A DNA stretch of 64,000 nucleotides from Aureliella sp. (GTDB lineage: Bacteria > Planctomycetota > Planctomycetia > Pirellulales > Pirellulaceae): positions 1,184,001-1,248,000 of the forward strand of contig OY829846.1 in NCBI GenBank assembly GCA_963691875.1, given 5' to 3'. Shown piece after piece: positions 9,279 to 20,001 of the stretch. The stretch's first letter is position 1; each line of letters starts with the position of its first letter. The notes below the pieces were generated by a model. It did no database searches. It had not been told where the DNA came from and saw only the letters and a list, made by a program, of their open reading frames with translations. A program made the position numbers and the translations under genes.

Positions 9279-10574
9279 ATGACGGATAGTCACCAGTCAG
9301 CCGCCCCAACGGATTCCCAAGCACCTTGGTATAGCGGCATATCAAAATATCAATGGCTGGTGCTGATCATTGCATCGGCTGGATGGGTTTTCGACGTCTA
9401 CGAAAGTCAAATCTTCAACTTAACGCGTGGCGATCTTCTAAAAGATATCCTCGATGGCGACGAAGCGAGTGCGAAGACCTGGGGCGAATGGATGCTCGCC
9501 GTTTTTCTCGCAGGCGGTACGGTCGGAGGATTGCTCTTTGGATCATTGGCCGATCGTTACGGTCGCGGTCCAATCATGATTGTCACGATACTTTTCTATT
9601 CGTTATTCTCGGGGCTGACGTACTTTGTCGGAGATATCTACCAATTGATCGGACTGCGATTCCTTGTGTCAGTTGGAATAGGCGGTGAATGGGCTGTCGC
9701 GGCTGCTTTGGTTGCCGAAGTTTTCCCATCCAAGGCGCGTTCCCAAGCGGCAGCTATTTTTCACGGCTCGAGCGTCGTCGGCACTTGGCTCGCCGCCCTC
9801 GCAGCCTATTGCGTCGGCGAAAACTGGCGTTGGGCTTTCGTACTCGGTGTCGTGCCGGCTCTGCTCGTACTTTGGGTGCGTGCAAGCATCCGAGAGCCAG
9901 AGCAGTGGCAGAAAAGGCGTCAGGAAAAGCAGGTCAATATGGGCAGCTTCAAAGAATTGCTCTTCGATTCACGCTGGAATGGAAAAGCTATTTTAGGCAT
10001 GCTGCTGGCTGCGGTTGGATTAGCCACCTTTTGGTGCGTCACCATCGCGGGGCAAGATATTGTAAAGCTGTTTTTGGTCGGCGAAGGCACCGCCCCCAAA
10101 GAAGCCGGTAGCTCTGCGAAACTGGCTTACGGGATTCTGCAAGCCACAGGCGGTGGGATCGGTTTGCTCGCCTTTGGTCCAATTGCAGCGAGAATGGGTA
10201 GGATCCGAGCCTTCGCAGTGTTTCATATTCTCGGACTGTTGATCGTGCCCGTCGTTTGTTTTGCTCCGCAAGCCTATTGGCAGTTGTTAGTTTTGTTGCC
10301 AATCTACGGCTTCCTCACTATGGGAATGCATTCTGGCTATGCGATCTATTTTCCTGAACTGTTTCCCACCAATCTACGAGCAACCGGTACGAGTTTTTGC
10401 TTCAACGGTGGGCGATTGGCTGCGGTACCGCTCCTATATCTTTCCGGGGTCCTGAAAGGAATCGATGGAATCGATTTGCGTTATGTGATCTGTGGCTTGG
10501 CTCTGATCTATTTACTCGGATTGGTTCTGCTTTGTTTCTTGCCCGAAACAAACGGCCAGGATCTGCCAGACTAG
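9279..10574 (+). CDS. MFS transporter
   Basis: About 12 hydrophobic segments; motif A GSLADRYGR; GIGGEW; YFPELFPTNLRATG. Confidence 0.92.
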   Translation: MTDSHQSAAPTDSQAPWYSGISKYQWLVLIIASAGWVFDVYESQIFNLTRGDLLKDILDGDEASAKTWGEWMLAVFLAGGTVGGLLFGSLADRYGRGPIMIVTILFYSLFSGLTYFVGDIYQLIGLRFLVSVGIGGEWAVAAALVAEVFPSKARSQAAAIFHGSSVVGTWLAALAAYCVGENWRWAFVLGVVPALLVLWVRASIREPEQWQKRRQEKQVNMGSFKELLFDSRWNGKAILGMLLAAVGLATFWCVTIAGQDIVKLFLVGEGTAPKEAGSSAKLAYGILQATGGGIGLLAFGPIAARMGRIRAFAVFHILGLLIVPVVCFAPQAYWQLLVLLPIYGFLTMGMHSGYAIYFPELFPTNLRATGTSFCFNGGRLAAVPLLYLSGVLKGIDGIDLRYVICGLALIYLLGLVLLCFLPETNGQDLPD

Positions 10575-10676
10575 AATACAAGGGCGTGGCGAGCTTATGA
10601 GTCTCCCATTGGTAGCACCCCGCGTAAACGAGTCCCACAGATCTATTCTTTGACGCATCCCGTAGACGCCCAACGT

Positions 10677-13100
10677 ATGATTCTCCCGAAACTCAAGATC
10701 ACTTTCGCATTTGCCCTGTGCTTCATTGCTCAAATTGCGATGGGACAACCCAGGGGCAAACAGGACACCCTGGACTTTGCACACCAGATCGTACCGATCC
10801 TCAAGAAACACTGCGTGCGGTGCCACGGTGGGGAGGAATCGCAAGCTGGCTTGTCGCTGAATACGCGCGAGCATTTGATTGATGCTGGCTTGCTAACGGA
10901 AGACTGGCAAGAATCCGAGCTAAACCTTCGTTTAGAGTCGGATGATCCTGAATACCGCATGCCACCGGAAGGCGACCGGCCAACAGAAGCAGAAATCAAG
11001 GTTTTGCAGCGCTGGCTAAAGGAGGACTTGCCCTGGGAGCCGGGATTCACCTTCGCGCCAGAGCGCTACGAACCTCCACTGCGACCACGTAAAGTGACTT
11101 TGCCGCCTGCAATCGAGGGCAGGACTCATCCGATCGACCGAATTGTCGATCACTACTTCGAAACAAAGGAATTGCAGCGTCCTAGAAGACTTGAAGACGA
11201 GGCCTTTTTACGCCGAGTGACACTCGATCTTACCGGACTCTTACCGACACGAGAGCTTCGCAGTGAGTGGCTACATGGGTTCGCCCCGTCACGAAGCGCC
11301 CTCATTAGTCAGTTGCTTTCGGATGACATTGATTACGCAGAGCACTGGCTGACATTCTGGAATGACTTGCTGAGAAACGATTACAGCGGAACGGGCTTCA
11401 TCACCGGAGGCCGCAAGCAGATTACCAGGTGGCTCTATCAGTCACTCGTTAACAATAAGCCCTACGACCAAATGGTTCGTGAACTACTAGTGCCAGATGC
11501 GAGTTCCGAGGGATTCATTCAAGGCATTCGCTGGCGTGGCGTGGTAAACGCAAGTCAACGACAGGAACTGCAATTTGCTCAGAATGTGAGTCAGGCCTTT
11601 CTTGGCATCAATCTCAAGTGTGCTTCCTGCCACGATAGCTTCATCGACCGCTGGACGCTCGAGGAAACCTACGCCCTGGCGCAAGTCTACGCTACAGAGC
11701 CACTTGAGCAGCATCGTTGTGACAAACCCAATGGTAAGTTTGCTAAGGCGGCCTGGCTGTTTCCAGAACTCGGAGAGATCGACTCGGAGGCGGAGCAACG
11801 GGCTCGATTGCAACAGCTTTCGAAACTGATGACAACAACAGAGAATGGGCGCTTTGCTAGAACAATCGCTAACCGAATTTGGCACCGCCTGATGGGCCGC
11901 GGCATTGTGCATCCTGTCGATGCTATGCACACCGAACCTTGGAATGAAGATCTACTCGAGTACTTGGCGAACTACTTGGTCGATCAAAGGTATGACCTGA
12001 AGAAGTTGCTCGCTCACATTTGCCAATCCGAAACTTACCAAGCAGTTTCCCCTATTACGGCAAAGGAAGAGACAACAGAATATCTCTTCACCGGCCCAAC
12101 TGCTAAGCGCATGAGCGCTGAGCAATTTGTGGATTGCGTTTGGCAATTGACTGACTCAGCGCCACCAAAGCACGATTCCGGTGTAGACCGTTTCTCTACC
12201 GATGACGCGGATTCTGCCTCACTCCCCGAGATGAATGCGCAATGGATCTGGACGCAGACAGCTGCAAACGCTGCTCCAGGTGGTGAATCACCCAGCTTCC
12301 GCAAGCTGTTCGAAATTCAAGAGCTGCCTGAGCACGCAGTTGCCGCGATAACTTGCGACAACGAATACCGATTATTCATCAATGGACAACTCGTAGCAGA
12401 AGACAAGGCTTGGGAATCCGTCGAACGCGTCGATGCGACGAATCATCTAAGAGTTGGCGACAACACGATTCTGATCGTGGCCAAGAATGGTGCATCAACT
12501 CCCAATCCCGCCGGTCTTTGCTTCGAGTTATTATTGGCAGCAGAAGACGGACAACGTCGGTCCATCGCAACGGACGACGGCTGGCAATTTGTGGCGGCTC
12601 ATCCACGGAAGAAGGGGAAGTTTACCGATGCCAAGCTCAAGTGGCAGCAAGCTGCGTTCGTTTCAACTCCTGGAATATGGCAGTCGCGAATCGAGCAACT
12701 GTTTCGTCAGCAACTGAGCCTAGTTTCCGTTGAGCGGAAGATGGTGCGAGCCTCACTCTTGAAGGCCGATGAACTCATGCGAGCTCTTGGCAGACCTAAT
12801 CGTGATCAGATCGCAACCATGCGTCCGAATGGCCTAACGACGCTAGAGGCAATTCAACTTGCCAATGGGCAGCGACTTGCGGACGCTCTATCCTCTGCGT
12901 CTACTAAGCTTCAAGCCCGTTTTCGTAATGAGCCAGAGCAATTAGTGCCATGGCTTTGCGAGTTTGCTCTGACCCGCAAGGCGAGCGAATCAGAGTTACA
13001 GCTTGCCCAAACATTGCTTGGACAAGAGCTCACCACCGAGGCGATAGAAGACTTGCTGTGGTCTTTTATAATCCATCCCGAATTCCAACTCATACGCTAG
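10677..13100 (+). CDS. PSD1/planctomycete cytochrome c protein (DUF1549/DUF1553) with inserted beta-sandwich domain
   Basis: Signal peptide; CVRCHG and CASCHD heme motifs; HPIDRIV, FLRRVTLDLTGLLPT, NRIWHRLMGRGIV; insert WIW...ITCDNEYRLFING. Confidence 0.9.
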   Translation: MILPKLKITFAFALCFIAQIAMGQPRGKQDTLDFAHQIVPILKKHCVRCHGGEESQAGLSLNTREHLIDAGLLTEDWQESELNLRLESDDPEYRMPPEGDRPTEAEIKVLQRWLKEDLPWEPGFTFAPERYEPPLRPRKVTLPPAIEGRTHPIDRIVDHYFETKELQRPRRLEDEAFLRRVTLDLTGLLPTRELRSEWLHGFAPSRSALISQLLSDDIDYAEHWLTFWNDLLRNDYSGTGFITGGRKQITRWLYQSLVNNKPYDQMVRELLVPDASSEGFIQGIRWRGVVNASQRQELQFAQNVSQAFLGINLKCASCHDSFIDRWTLEETYALAQVYATEPLEQHRCDKPNGKFAKAAWLFPELGEIDSEAEQRARLQQLSKLMTTTENGRFARTIANRIWHRLMGRGIVHPVDAMHTEPWNEDLLEYLANYLVDQRYDLKKLLAHICQSETYQAVSPITAKEETTEYLFTGPTAKRMSAEQFVDCVWQLTDSAPPKHDSGVDRFSTDDADSASLPEMNAQWIWTQTAANAAPGGESPSFRKLFEIQELPEHAVAAITCDNEYRLFINGQLVAEDKAWESVERVDATNHLRVGDNTILIVAKNGASTPNPAGLCFELLLAAEDGQRRSIATDDGWQFVAAHPRKKGKFTDAKLKWQQAAFVSTPGIWQSRIEQLFRQQLSLVSVERKMVRASLLKADELMRALGRPNRDQIATMRPNGLTTLEAIQLANGQRLADALSSASTKLQARFRNEPEQLVPWLCEFALTRKASESELQLAQTLLGQELTTEAIEDLLWSFIIHPEFQLIR

Positions 13101-13115
13101 CCAGGTAACACATTC

Positions 13116-14561
13116 ATGCAAGACATCGATGAACAGTGCGCCCCTCCCGAGCTGCAGCGCCGTCGCTTTCTAAAGCAGCTTTCCGCTGCCAGTGCTGCCG
13201 CTTGGATGGCTGGTGCCCCGAGAGCCATGGCCGCGGAAGAGACTGCACCGGGAGCAACTGCGGATTCCTGCATCTTGATCTGGATGGCCGGCGGAATGGC
13301 TGCGCCCGACAACTTAGATCCCAAAAGCTACGAGCCATTCGAGGTTGGTAAGCCAATGGACAAGGTCTACAGTACTTTTCCAGCCATCGATACCGCCGTC
13401 GACAACATCAAGATTGCAGAAGGATTGGAGCAGATAGCGTCAGTCATGGATCGAGCCACCATGATTCGCTCGCACGTTCAGCCAGACTTGGGACACATTC
13501 TGCACTCGCGGCACCAATACCATTGGCATACAGGCTATGTGCCTCCTCAGACCGTGGCCTGCCCACACATCGGCGCTTGGATGTCCAAAGTGCTCGGTCC
13601 TGTAAATCCAGTCATCCCAGCTTTCATCAACATCGGGCAGCGTCTCGAAGGCATAGGTGAAAACGAGGAAATCAAAGCATTCACGCAAGGCGGCTTCTTC
13701 GGAACTGAACACGGCCCGATGAACTTACCATATCCCGACCTGGCTGCTAAAGCCGTGCGGCCGCCCAGCGGAATGACCTCGAGGCGTTTCGAAGATCGTT
13801 TTCGCTTCTTCAAGGAACTCGTCAAGAGCAGCCCGCAACGCGAGTATGCATCAGACTACCAACAGGAATCGATGTTGCGATCACTGGAGAATGCGAATCG
13901 CTTGCTGAATTCTCCCGAGCGAAAGGCTTTCGACATCAGTCTGGAGCCCAAAGAGAGTTTCGCAAAGTACGATACGGGACGCTTCGGAAAAGGACTTCTG
14001 CTGGCGAGACGATTGGTTGAGTCAGGCGCACGTTTCGTCGAAGTAACGACCGAGTACATCCCTTTCGTGCATTGGGATACACACACCGATGGTCACCGCA
14101 CGGTCAAGAGATTGCACTCTGAGATCGATGGGCCCATCGCGCAGCTCATCCTCGACCTCGAATCGCGCGGGCTTCTAGACCGAACCCTAGTTGTACTTGC
14201 CAGCGAATTCAGCCGTGACATGATGGTGGAAGGCGTCCCGGGTTCAACAGCCAAGGACCAAGCCAAATTCCGAGGCGAAAAACTAGGCGAGATCAAACAC
14301 TACGGATTACACCGGCATTTCACAGGTGGCTCATCAGTTCTCATGTTCGGTGGCGGGATAAAACGTGGCCATTTGTACGGCCGCACCGCCGATGAAAGGC
14401 CGTTTCTTGCAGTGGAGAACCCGGTAAGCGTAATGGACCTGCACGCAACTATTTTTCGCGCGATGGGGCTCAGTCCCAAGACCTCATTTGAAGTCGAGCG
14501 TCGCCCTTTTTACATTACGGAAGATGGCAAAGGAAAGCCTGTCGTCGACGTATTTGCCTGA
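13116..14561 (+). CDS. DUF1501 family protein (Tat-type signal)
   Basis: RRRFLK twin-arginine motif; ILIWMAGG, LLARRLVESGARFV, WDTH, SEFSR, DLHATI. Confidence 0.9.
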   Translation: MQDIDEQCAPPELQRRRFLKQLSAASAAAWMAGAPRAMAAEETAPGATADSCILIWMAGGMAAPDNLDPKSYEPFEVGKPMDKVYSTFPAIDTAVDNIKIAEGLEQIASVMDRATMIRSHVQPDLGHILHSRHQYHWHTGYVPPQTVACPHIGAWMSKVLGPVNPVIPAFINIGQRLEGIGENEEIKAFTQGGFFGTEHGPMNLPYPDLAAKAVRPPSGMTSRRFEDRFRFFKELVKSSPQREYASDYQQESMLRSLENANRLLNSPERKAFDISLEPKESFAKYDTGRFGKGLLLARRLVESGARFVEVTTEYIPFVHWDTHTDGHRTVKRLHSEIDGPIAQLILDLESRGLLDRTLVVLASEFSRDMMVEGVPGSTAKDQAKFRGEKLGEIKHYGLHRHFTGGSSVLMFGGGIKRGHLYGRTADERPFLAVENPVSVMDLHATIFRAMGLSPKTSFEVERRPFYITEDGKGKPVVDVFA

Positions 14562-14681
14562 CCAACTATCACATCTCGTGATGGAAATTGCCAGAATTCC
14601 TCGCAAGTAATGTGTTGCGGAAAAATTGATCCAGTAGTCTCGAACAGCCCCCTTTAAGTCTCCTTTTGCCTTGAGATTTCG

Positions 14682-16300
14682 ATGCGAATCGCTCCTCTTT
14701 TCTTACTTCTGCTGAGCATTCTACCTTCAATTGGTTTTGCAGAGACCAAACCCAACATCATCTTCATTCTCGCTGACGACTGGGGGATTGGAGACGTGAA
14801 GTGTTTCGGGGGTGAATTGTGTCGCATAGAAACGCCCCATATGGATGCTTTGGCGAAACGGGGCATGCGATTCACGGATGCTCATAGCAGTTCGTCGGTC
14901 TGCACGCCAACTCGCTACAGTGTTCTAACCGGTAGATACAATTGGCGCAGCAGATTGAAACGAGGTGTTCTTTACGGATACGACGAGCCACTTATTGAGG
15001 CGAAGCGTCAAACCGTTGCTGGCTTTCTGCAACAACAAGGATATCAAACAGCTTGCATCGGTAAGTGGCATCTTGGGATGAACATGCCTACTCATGATGG
15101 GAAACGGCCCTTCTCCAAGATGACCGCCAAGGACCACGACAAGCCGGTTGATCCAGCTAAATGCAATGTAGACTGGAAAGGTCTATCACCGGAGGTCCGA
15201 CCAGCGTTGGTTTTGATTACTTCTACGGGATCTCCGCTTCCCTCGATATGCCACCCTACATTTGGATTCACAACGCTCAGTTCGTGGGTGAATGCACTAC
15301 CGCAAAGGCCTTTCATCGCTCAGGGCCAGCCCACGCGGACTTCTTCGATTACGACGTCCTTCCCAGGATAACGAAGAAATCAGTAGAGTTCATCGCGCAA
15401 CAGGCTGCTTCCGAGAAGTCGTTCTTTCTCTATATGCCGCTCAACGCTCCGCACACACCAATCAGCCCTTCCCAAAAATTCCAAGGCAAGAGTGGGCTCG
15501 GGAAATATGCAGACTTCGTCATGGAAACAGACTGGGCGGTAGGACAGATCGTTGCAGCGGTGGACAAAGCTGGCATCGCACAAAATACACTTATTATTGT
15601 CACCGCAGATAATGGTTGCAGTCCAGCAGCAGCCACTCGCGCTGGGAAGAACTCGCTGAATTTAACTTTCAACGAAGAAAGCAAAGGTAATCCATTGGCG
15701 GATCACCATTACGCATGCAGTATCTTTCGAGGACACAAGGCTGACATTTACGAGGGGGTGCATCGCGTTCCCTTTATCGCAAAATGGGATGGCAAGATTG
15801 AAACCGGCAGCATGTGCGACTCTCCGGTGTGCCATGTTGATTTATTTGCGACCTGTGCGGATGTGGCTGGGGCTAAGCCTGCAAAAGATTCGGCCGTGGA
15901 CTCGCTAACTTTCCTGCCGCAGCTCCTTGGAGAGAACGATTTGAATGCTCGCGAGACTGTTATCCATCATTCGATCAATGGAAGCTTCGCTCTACGAAAT
16001 GGCAATTGGAAGCTTGCTTTCTGCCCAGGCAGCGGAGGCTGGTCTGCACCACGTCCGATGAAAGCCCAAAAAGCTGAGGAGAAGAAAGAGTCGGGTGAGC
16101 TTCAGTCTGCACAGCTATTCGATTTGAAAGCGGATCCCTCGGAACAGCACAATGTAGCGAGTCAGCATCCCGAACTCGTGAAAAAGATGACAGCAGTGAT
16201 CTTGCGGCAAATCTCCGCCGGCCGAACGACTCCGGGACCTGACCAAGAAAACGATGGAGAGACGCCGCTCTACCCCGACTGGCTGCAGAAGCTGAAGTGA
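14682..16300 (+). pseudogene. Arylsulfatase split by one frameshift near 15180 (real mutation or sequencing error)
   Basis: KPNIIFILADD, CTPTR formylglycine motif and GKWHLG in one frame; GFDYFYG, PHTP, DNG, GHKADIYEGVHRVP and LFDLKADPSE in another. Adding one base at GACTGGAAAGGTCT restores DWKGSITGGP. Confidence 0.85.
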
Positions 16301-16806
16301 TGAGTTGTGATTCTGACGCTCGTTGCTAACCCAGATTTGCCTGAACAATTTGGAACGGAAGTCAAAGACGAGGCGTTAGCAGTCGGTTGTTGCCAGTCTC
16401 TAAACAAGGGCCAGCGCCTCGAAGCATGCCGCTCAACATCATCAACAGAACCTAGCCCCAATTGCTTCATAAATACGTTCGGGATTTCTGTACGCTCTGC
16501 CCTTGGGCCTCATTGTCCACAAGAGAATCTTGGCTGAAGCCCCCAACGCAATTTTCTTCCAGCCGGATGTCATTCGGTTCCCAAATGTCTTTCGCTGGCA
16601 GGAGACATGCAACTACGTTCTGAGGGATGGCGAGGCGGCGAATGCCATAGCAAGTATCAGGTGCAAGTCAAAGTCGATCCGAGGATCGCGGATTCAGGAA
16701 TCCACTTGATTCCTTTTGACGTCAAGCTGGATCAGAAACACTGGGGACAGATGTTTGATTTTCTCATTCACGTGCCCGAAGAATAATGATTACTTCAACT
16801 GCGAAG

Positions 16807-17136
16807 CTACGACTCACTTACTTCTCGACTTTGTCCCCACACTCCGGAATGCTTGAGCAAGACTAGGTTGCCTTCGACTCGACACTGGCAGGCAAGCCGA
16901 AGCCCCAGTTCAAGGTCATGTGGCGGGAAACTTAAACGCCACTTTTCTACGCGAGTCATTGCCGAGACTTGCCCTTCGATTTCGACGGAGCACGTCCCGC
17001 AAGTACCTAAGCCTCGACAGTGAATTTGCTTCGCGAATCCGTTGTAGAGAGGTGCTCCTGCGTCAAGAAGAACTTTGCGTAGGTTGTCTCCTTTCTGGCA
17101 TTCAATGACTTGTTTATTGATGGTCACTGTCGGCAT
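16807..17136 (-). CDS. 2Fe-2S ferredoxin
   Basis: CRGLGTCGTC...RLACQC. Confidence 0.88.
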   Translation of the reverse strand: MPTVTINKQVIECQKGDNLRKVLLDAGAPLYNGFAKQIHCRGLGTCGTCSVEIEGQVSAMTRVEKWRLSFPPHDLELGLRLACQCRVEGNLVLLKHSGVWGQSREVSES

Positions 17137-17171
17137 GATCGAAGAACCAATTCACGATTGATGGATCGTAT

Positions 17172-17426
17172 TCAAGTGCGTTGCGTGGGACAGCGGAACC
17201 GCCCGATCTCAAAACCACGTTTTTGAACGTGCTTCGTCTTGCGTCCCTGAGTCCTGCGTCTCCAGAGGCGAAACGATGCTGGCCTGAGCTGAGAACGCAT
17301 CAATTTGATCACCCCGCCGGGTGACAAACCGAACTGAAGCTTGATTGAATCGAAGGAAGTGCGATCCTCCCAAGCCATCTGAATGACCCGGTCAATTTCA
17401 GTCCGCGTGAGTTCTTCGCTATTCAT
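17172..17426 (-). CDS. TIGR03643/DUF2805 family protein
   Basis: IDRVIQMAWEDRTSFDSIKLQFGL...SFRLWRRR..GRKTKH is the family signature as I recall it. Confidence 0.8.
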   Translation of the reverse strand: MNSEELTRTEIDRVIQMAWEDRTSFDSIKLQFGLSPGGVIKLMRSQLRPASFRLWRRRTQGRKTKHVQKRGFEIGRFRCPTQRT

Positions 17427-18343
17427 TTTTCAAAAGCGTTGGAATCTGAATTCAATTCGCAGCCGAAGACAGCGGACTGATTTTCGGCATTCGCATAGTG
17501 GTAGAGGCTTCTGAGGAGTCCGTACCCGACCTCCAAGTTAACTGACAAGAACAGACCAGAGGCTAGGAACAAGATTGCGGAACAGTATAGGTCTGCGTCA
17601 AACCGTTCTCTGCCGGCCAAAGTCTGGATGATGCTGTAGGTGAGAAGCAGCAAGAGGGCAGCATTAGTTAAGCTTAGTAAAGATAGTCTTTTCTTCTGTT
17701 TAGTTCCCAACCGCCGCAAAACTGCTCGCAGGAGCGGTAGCAACTGGATTGCGTGAATCGCTACTCCATGCGGAAACTTAACCGGACCATTAGCTCCGTA
17801 TACGCTGGGATCTTTGCCGGCCTCAACACGCCCGATCCCGTATTCGTACAGGAGGAACCCGATTGCGCAGGAAATAACCAGGAAAAACATCCCTCCGTTC
17901 CAAGCGACCTTCTCGTCTCTGGTCCCTTGAAAACCACCGCAAAATGAACGAAACGCAAGTACGAGAATGCAGACTGTGACAATCGCAATTAGTGCTGTCA
18001 TGCTCGAATCAAGAAAAGCATCTAGCTGGGTCGCGCGATTGAAATGCGATTTGACGCCTCGCCACTGCTGAAGAGTGATAATCCCGACTTCGGTAGCCAT
18101 ACATAATGCAATTGATACTGAAAGGAACTTGTCGATCCGCCAAGGCTTGAGCAGTCTTAGCAAACGCCCGGTGGAGACGAGCGTCAGTCCCCCTGAGACT
18201 CCAAACAGGATCGGTTTTCTCCACGAAATGGCACCTTCCCAAGCCTGTCCAGAATTGAGCCAGACGCCGACATGTAGGAACCCAACCGCAATCAGCGAAT
18301 AACCGATTACAATCTGGACCCCTGAACCTCTATTCTGTTGCAT
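17423..18343 (-). CDS. Multi-pass membrane protein of unknown function
   Basis: About 8 hydrophobic segments; conserved-looking WEGAISWRKPILFG, QQWRGVKSHFN, HGVAIHAIQ; 4-bp overlap with the next gene. Confidence 0.75.
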   Translation of the reverse strand: MQQNRGSGVQIVIGYSLIAVGFLHVGVWLNSGQAWEGAISWRKPILFGVSGGLTLVSTGRLLRLLKPWRIDKFLSVSIALCMATEVGIITLQQWRGVKSHFNRATQLDAFLDSSMTALIAIVTVCILVLAFRSFCGGFQGTRDEKVAWNGGMFFLVISCAIGFLLYEYGIGRVEAGKDPSVYGANGPVKFPHGVAIHAIQLLPLLRAVLRRLGTKQKKRLSLLSLTNAALLLLLTYSIIQTLAGRERFDADLYCSAILFLASGLFLSVNLEVGYGLLRSLYHYANAENQSAVFGCELNSDSNAFEK

Positions 18344-19524
18344 CGCCGAAAACCCATATTTGCATCACCGCCGCTTGTTTAAACCGGCTTGAATAGGAAT
18401 TTTCAACGTAGCATAGCGAGATTCCTGCGGTGGAAAGGGCAGAGGTAAGCGCTTCGCGCTAAACTGAATTCGATGCAGCTAAACAACCGCTCAACTCCTT
18501 GCACTCAAGCGCGTTAATTCCTCACTTGATTATCACGGCAGCTGATAGGGATTCCCGTCGTCAGCTAGTCAATTGTCGTCATCAATAAACAAAGTGACAA
18601 ATAAACACTAAGACCAGTCGACTTGTGAAATCGTCGTCACCACTAGTCCGAGGTGGGTGATTCCGAAACGATTACCTCGGGATCTTCGCTCGCACCTGTT
18701 TTGGGGAGCAGATCTTCCGATGACTTTCGATTTATCCAACGCAAGCGAGTGATCCCGCTCATTCATTCTTTACGACGCAAGTCATCCGACAGGAGTGCAC
18801 TAAACCGCTGCCTTCCGCTTTTACTCTTCCTTTAACGCCATTGCAGTGAGGAACAGCAGCGGCATCAAAACTAATCCAAGCACAAGCACCCGTCGCAAGA
18901 CCGATCAGTCCACGCCAAACACCACCAACAACCAGTATTAGTAGAAAGGAGATGACGCCAGCCTCTCCCAGAACCGGAGAGAGCCATTGGCTACGCTTCT
19001 CTTGGCTGATCGGCTCATCGGAGTGCAGTGGAAGACAGTTCCGCTCGAGTAGATCTCGCCGTCATTTGCGAGGAAAATTGCATTTAGTGCATTCGCAAGT
19101 GACAGGGCTTTGTCAATCCATCTTCAGTCGGATCGGTAAGAACTATTGCCCCAGTCGAATTATCAAATGCAAAGCGGACCTTCGGGATGGTGCATTCCAC
19201 TATGGAAGAAGCCGAAAACTTGGTCGCTGGCTCGCTAGAAGTGGGGATTTAGGAATAGAACCAGGCTTCGAACTTGTATATTTTTGTTGAAGGATTGACG
19301 TCCTCGTCGGCATCAACGAAAGCATCCCATACCGAACGTGCTATCCGGCCCTCCGGTGGATCGTCTGGATCAAGAATGAAAGGGGAATCGGTATGTCCGG
19401 TTATCAAAACCGATTAGGTCAGGGGATATAAGAAGCTCAGTACTGATATCAACACTTCTATGTCTACACCACAATGCAATCGTGCAACCTCTTCTGTAGC
19501 AAAGTGAGCCAGGATGCGGTCATG

Positions 19525-20001
19525 TTAGAAATCGTCGATTCGAGCTCCGAGTCCGCTGCGAATTAGCTCTGCTTCGAAATCCTCATGAGCTCGCAAGGAG
19601 TCGTCAAACTGCTCGAATGCACCGAAGTAGATGGCCAAGTCACGACCGATCGTACCACGATATTGCGCCTCTTCGACTTCCTCGCAAGTCTCATGCAGCT
19701 GTAAGTACAGTTCTCGGTGTTGGACCTTAGCTTTGCCGGCATCTACGAGTCCCAGTCCAGAGCTCATTGGAACTCCATCGATAAAGCCGTAGGTTTCTTC
19801 CAGAGAGAACTCCAAGGCGATGCTGTCACGGAGCTCGCCAAGCTTTGTAACGAATTGCTTCGAGTTTTCCAGAGTTTTATCCGCGACGTTGAGCTCACGA
19901 AGGTCTTTCAGCAGAACCCAAAGCTGGGAATTCGACTCCTTTACTTCTTGTAGAAAGGCAGCGTTGGCGATCGTCGTTGTCGTAGTACTGATGGTGGTCA
20001 T
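19525..20001 (-). CDS. Hemerythrin-like four-helix protein (degenerate metal ligands)
   Basis: Helical; ALEFSLEETYG, QHRELY, AHEDFEAEL motifs; RBS GGAG. Confidence 0.65.
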   Translation of the reverse strand: MTTISTTTTTIANAAFLQEVKESNSQLWVLLKDLRELNVADKTLENSKQFVTKLGELRDSIALEFSLEETYGFIDGVPMSSGLGLVDAGKAKVQHRELYLQLHETCEEVEEAQYRGTIGRDLAIYFGAFEQFDDSLRAHEDFEAELIRSGLGARIDDF

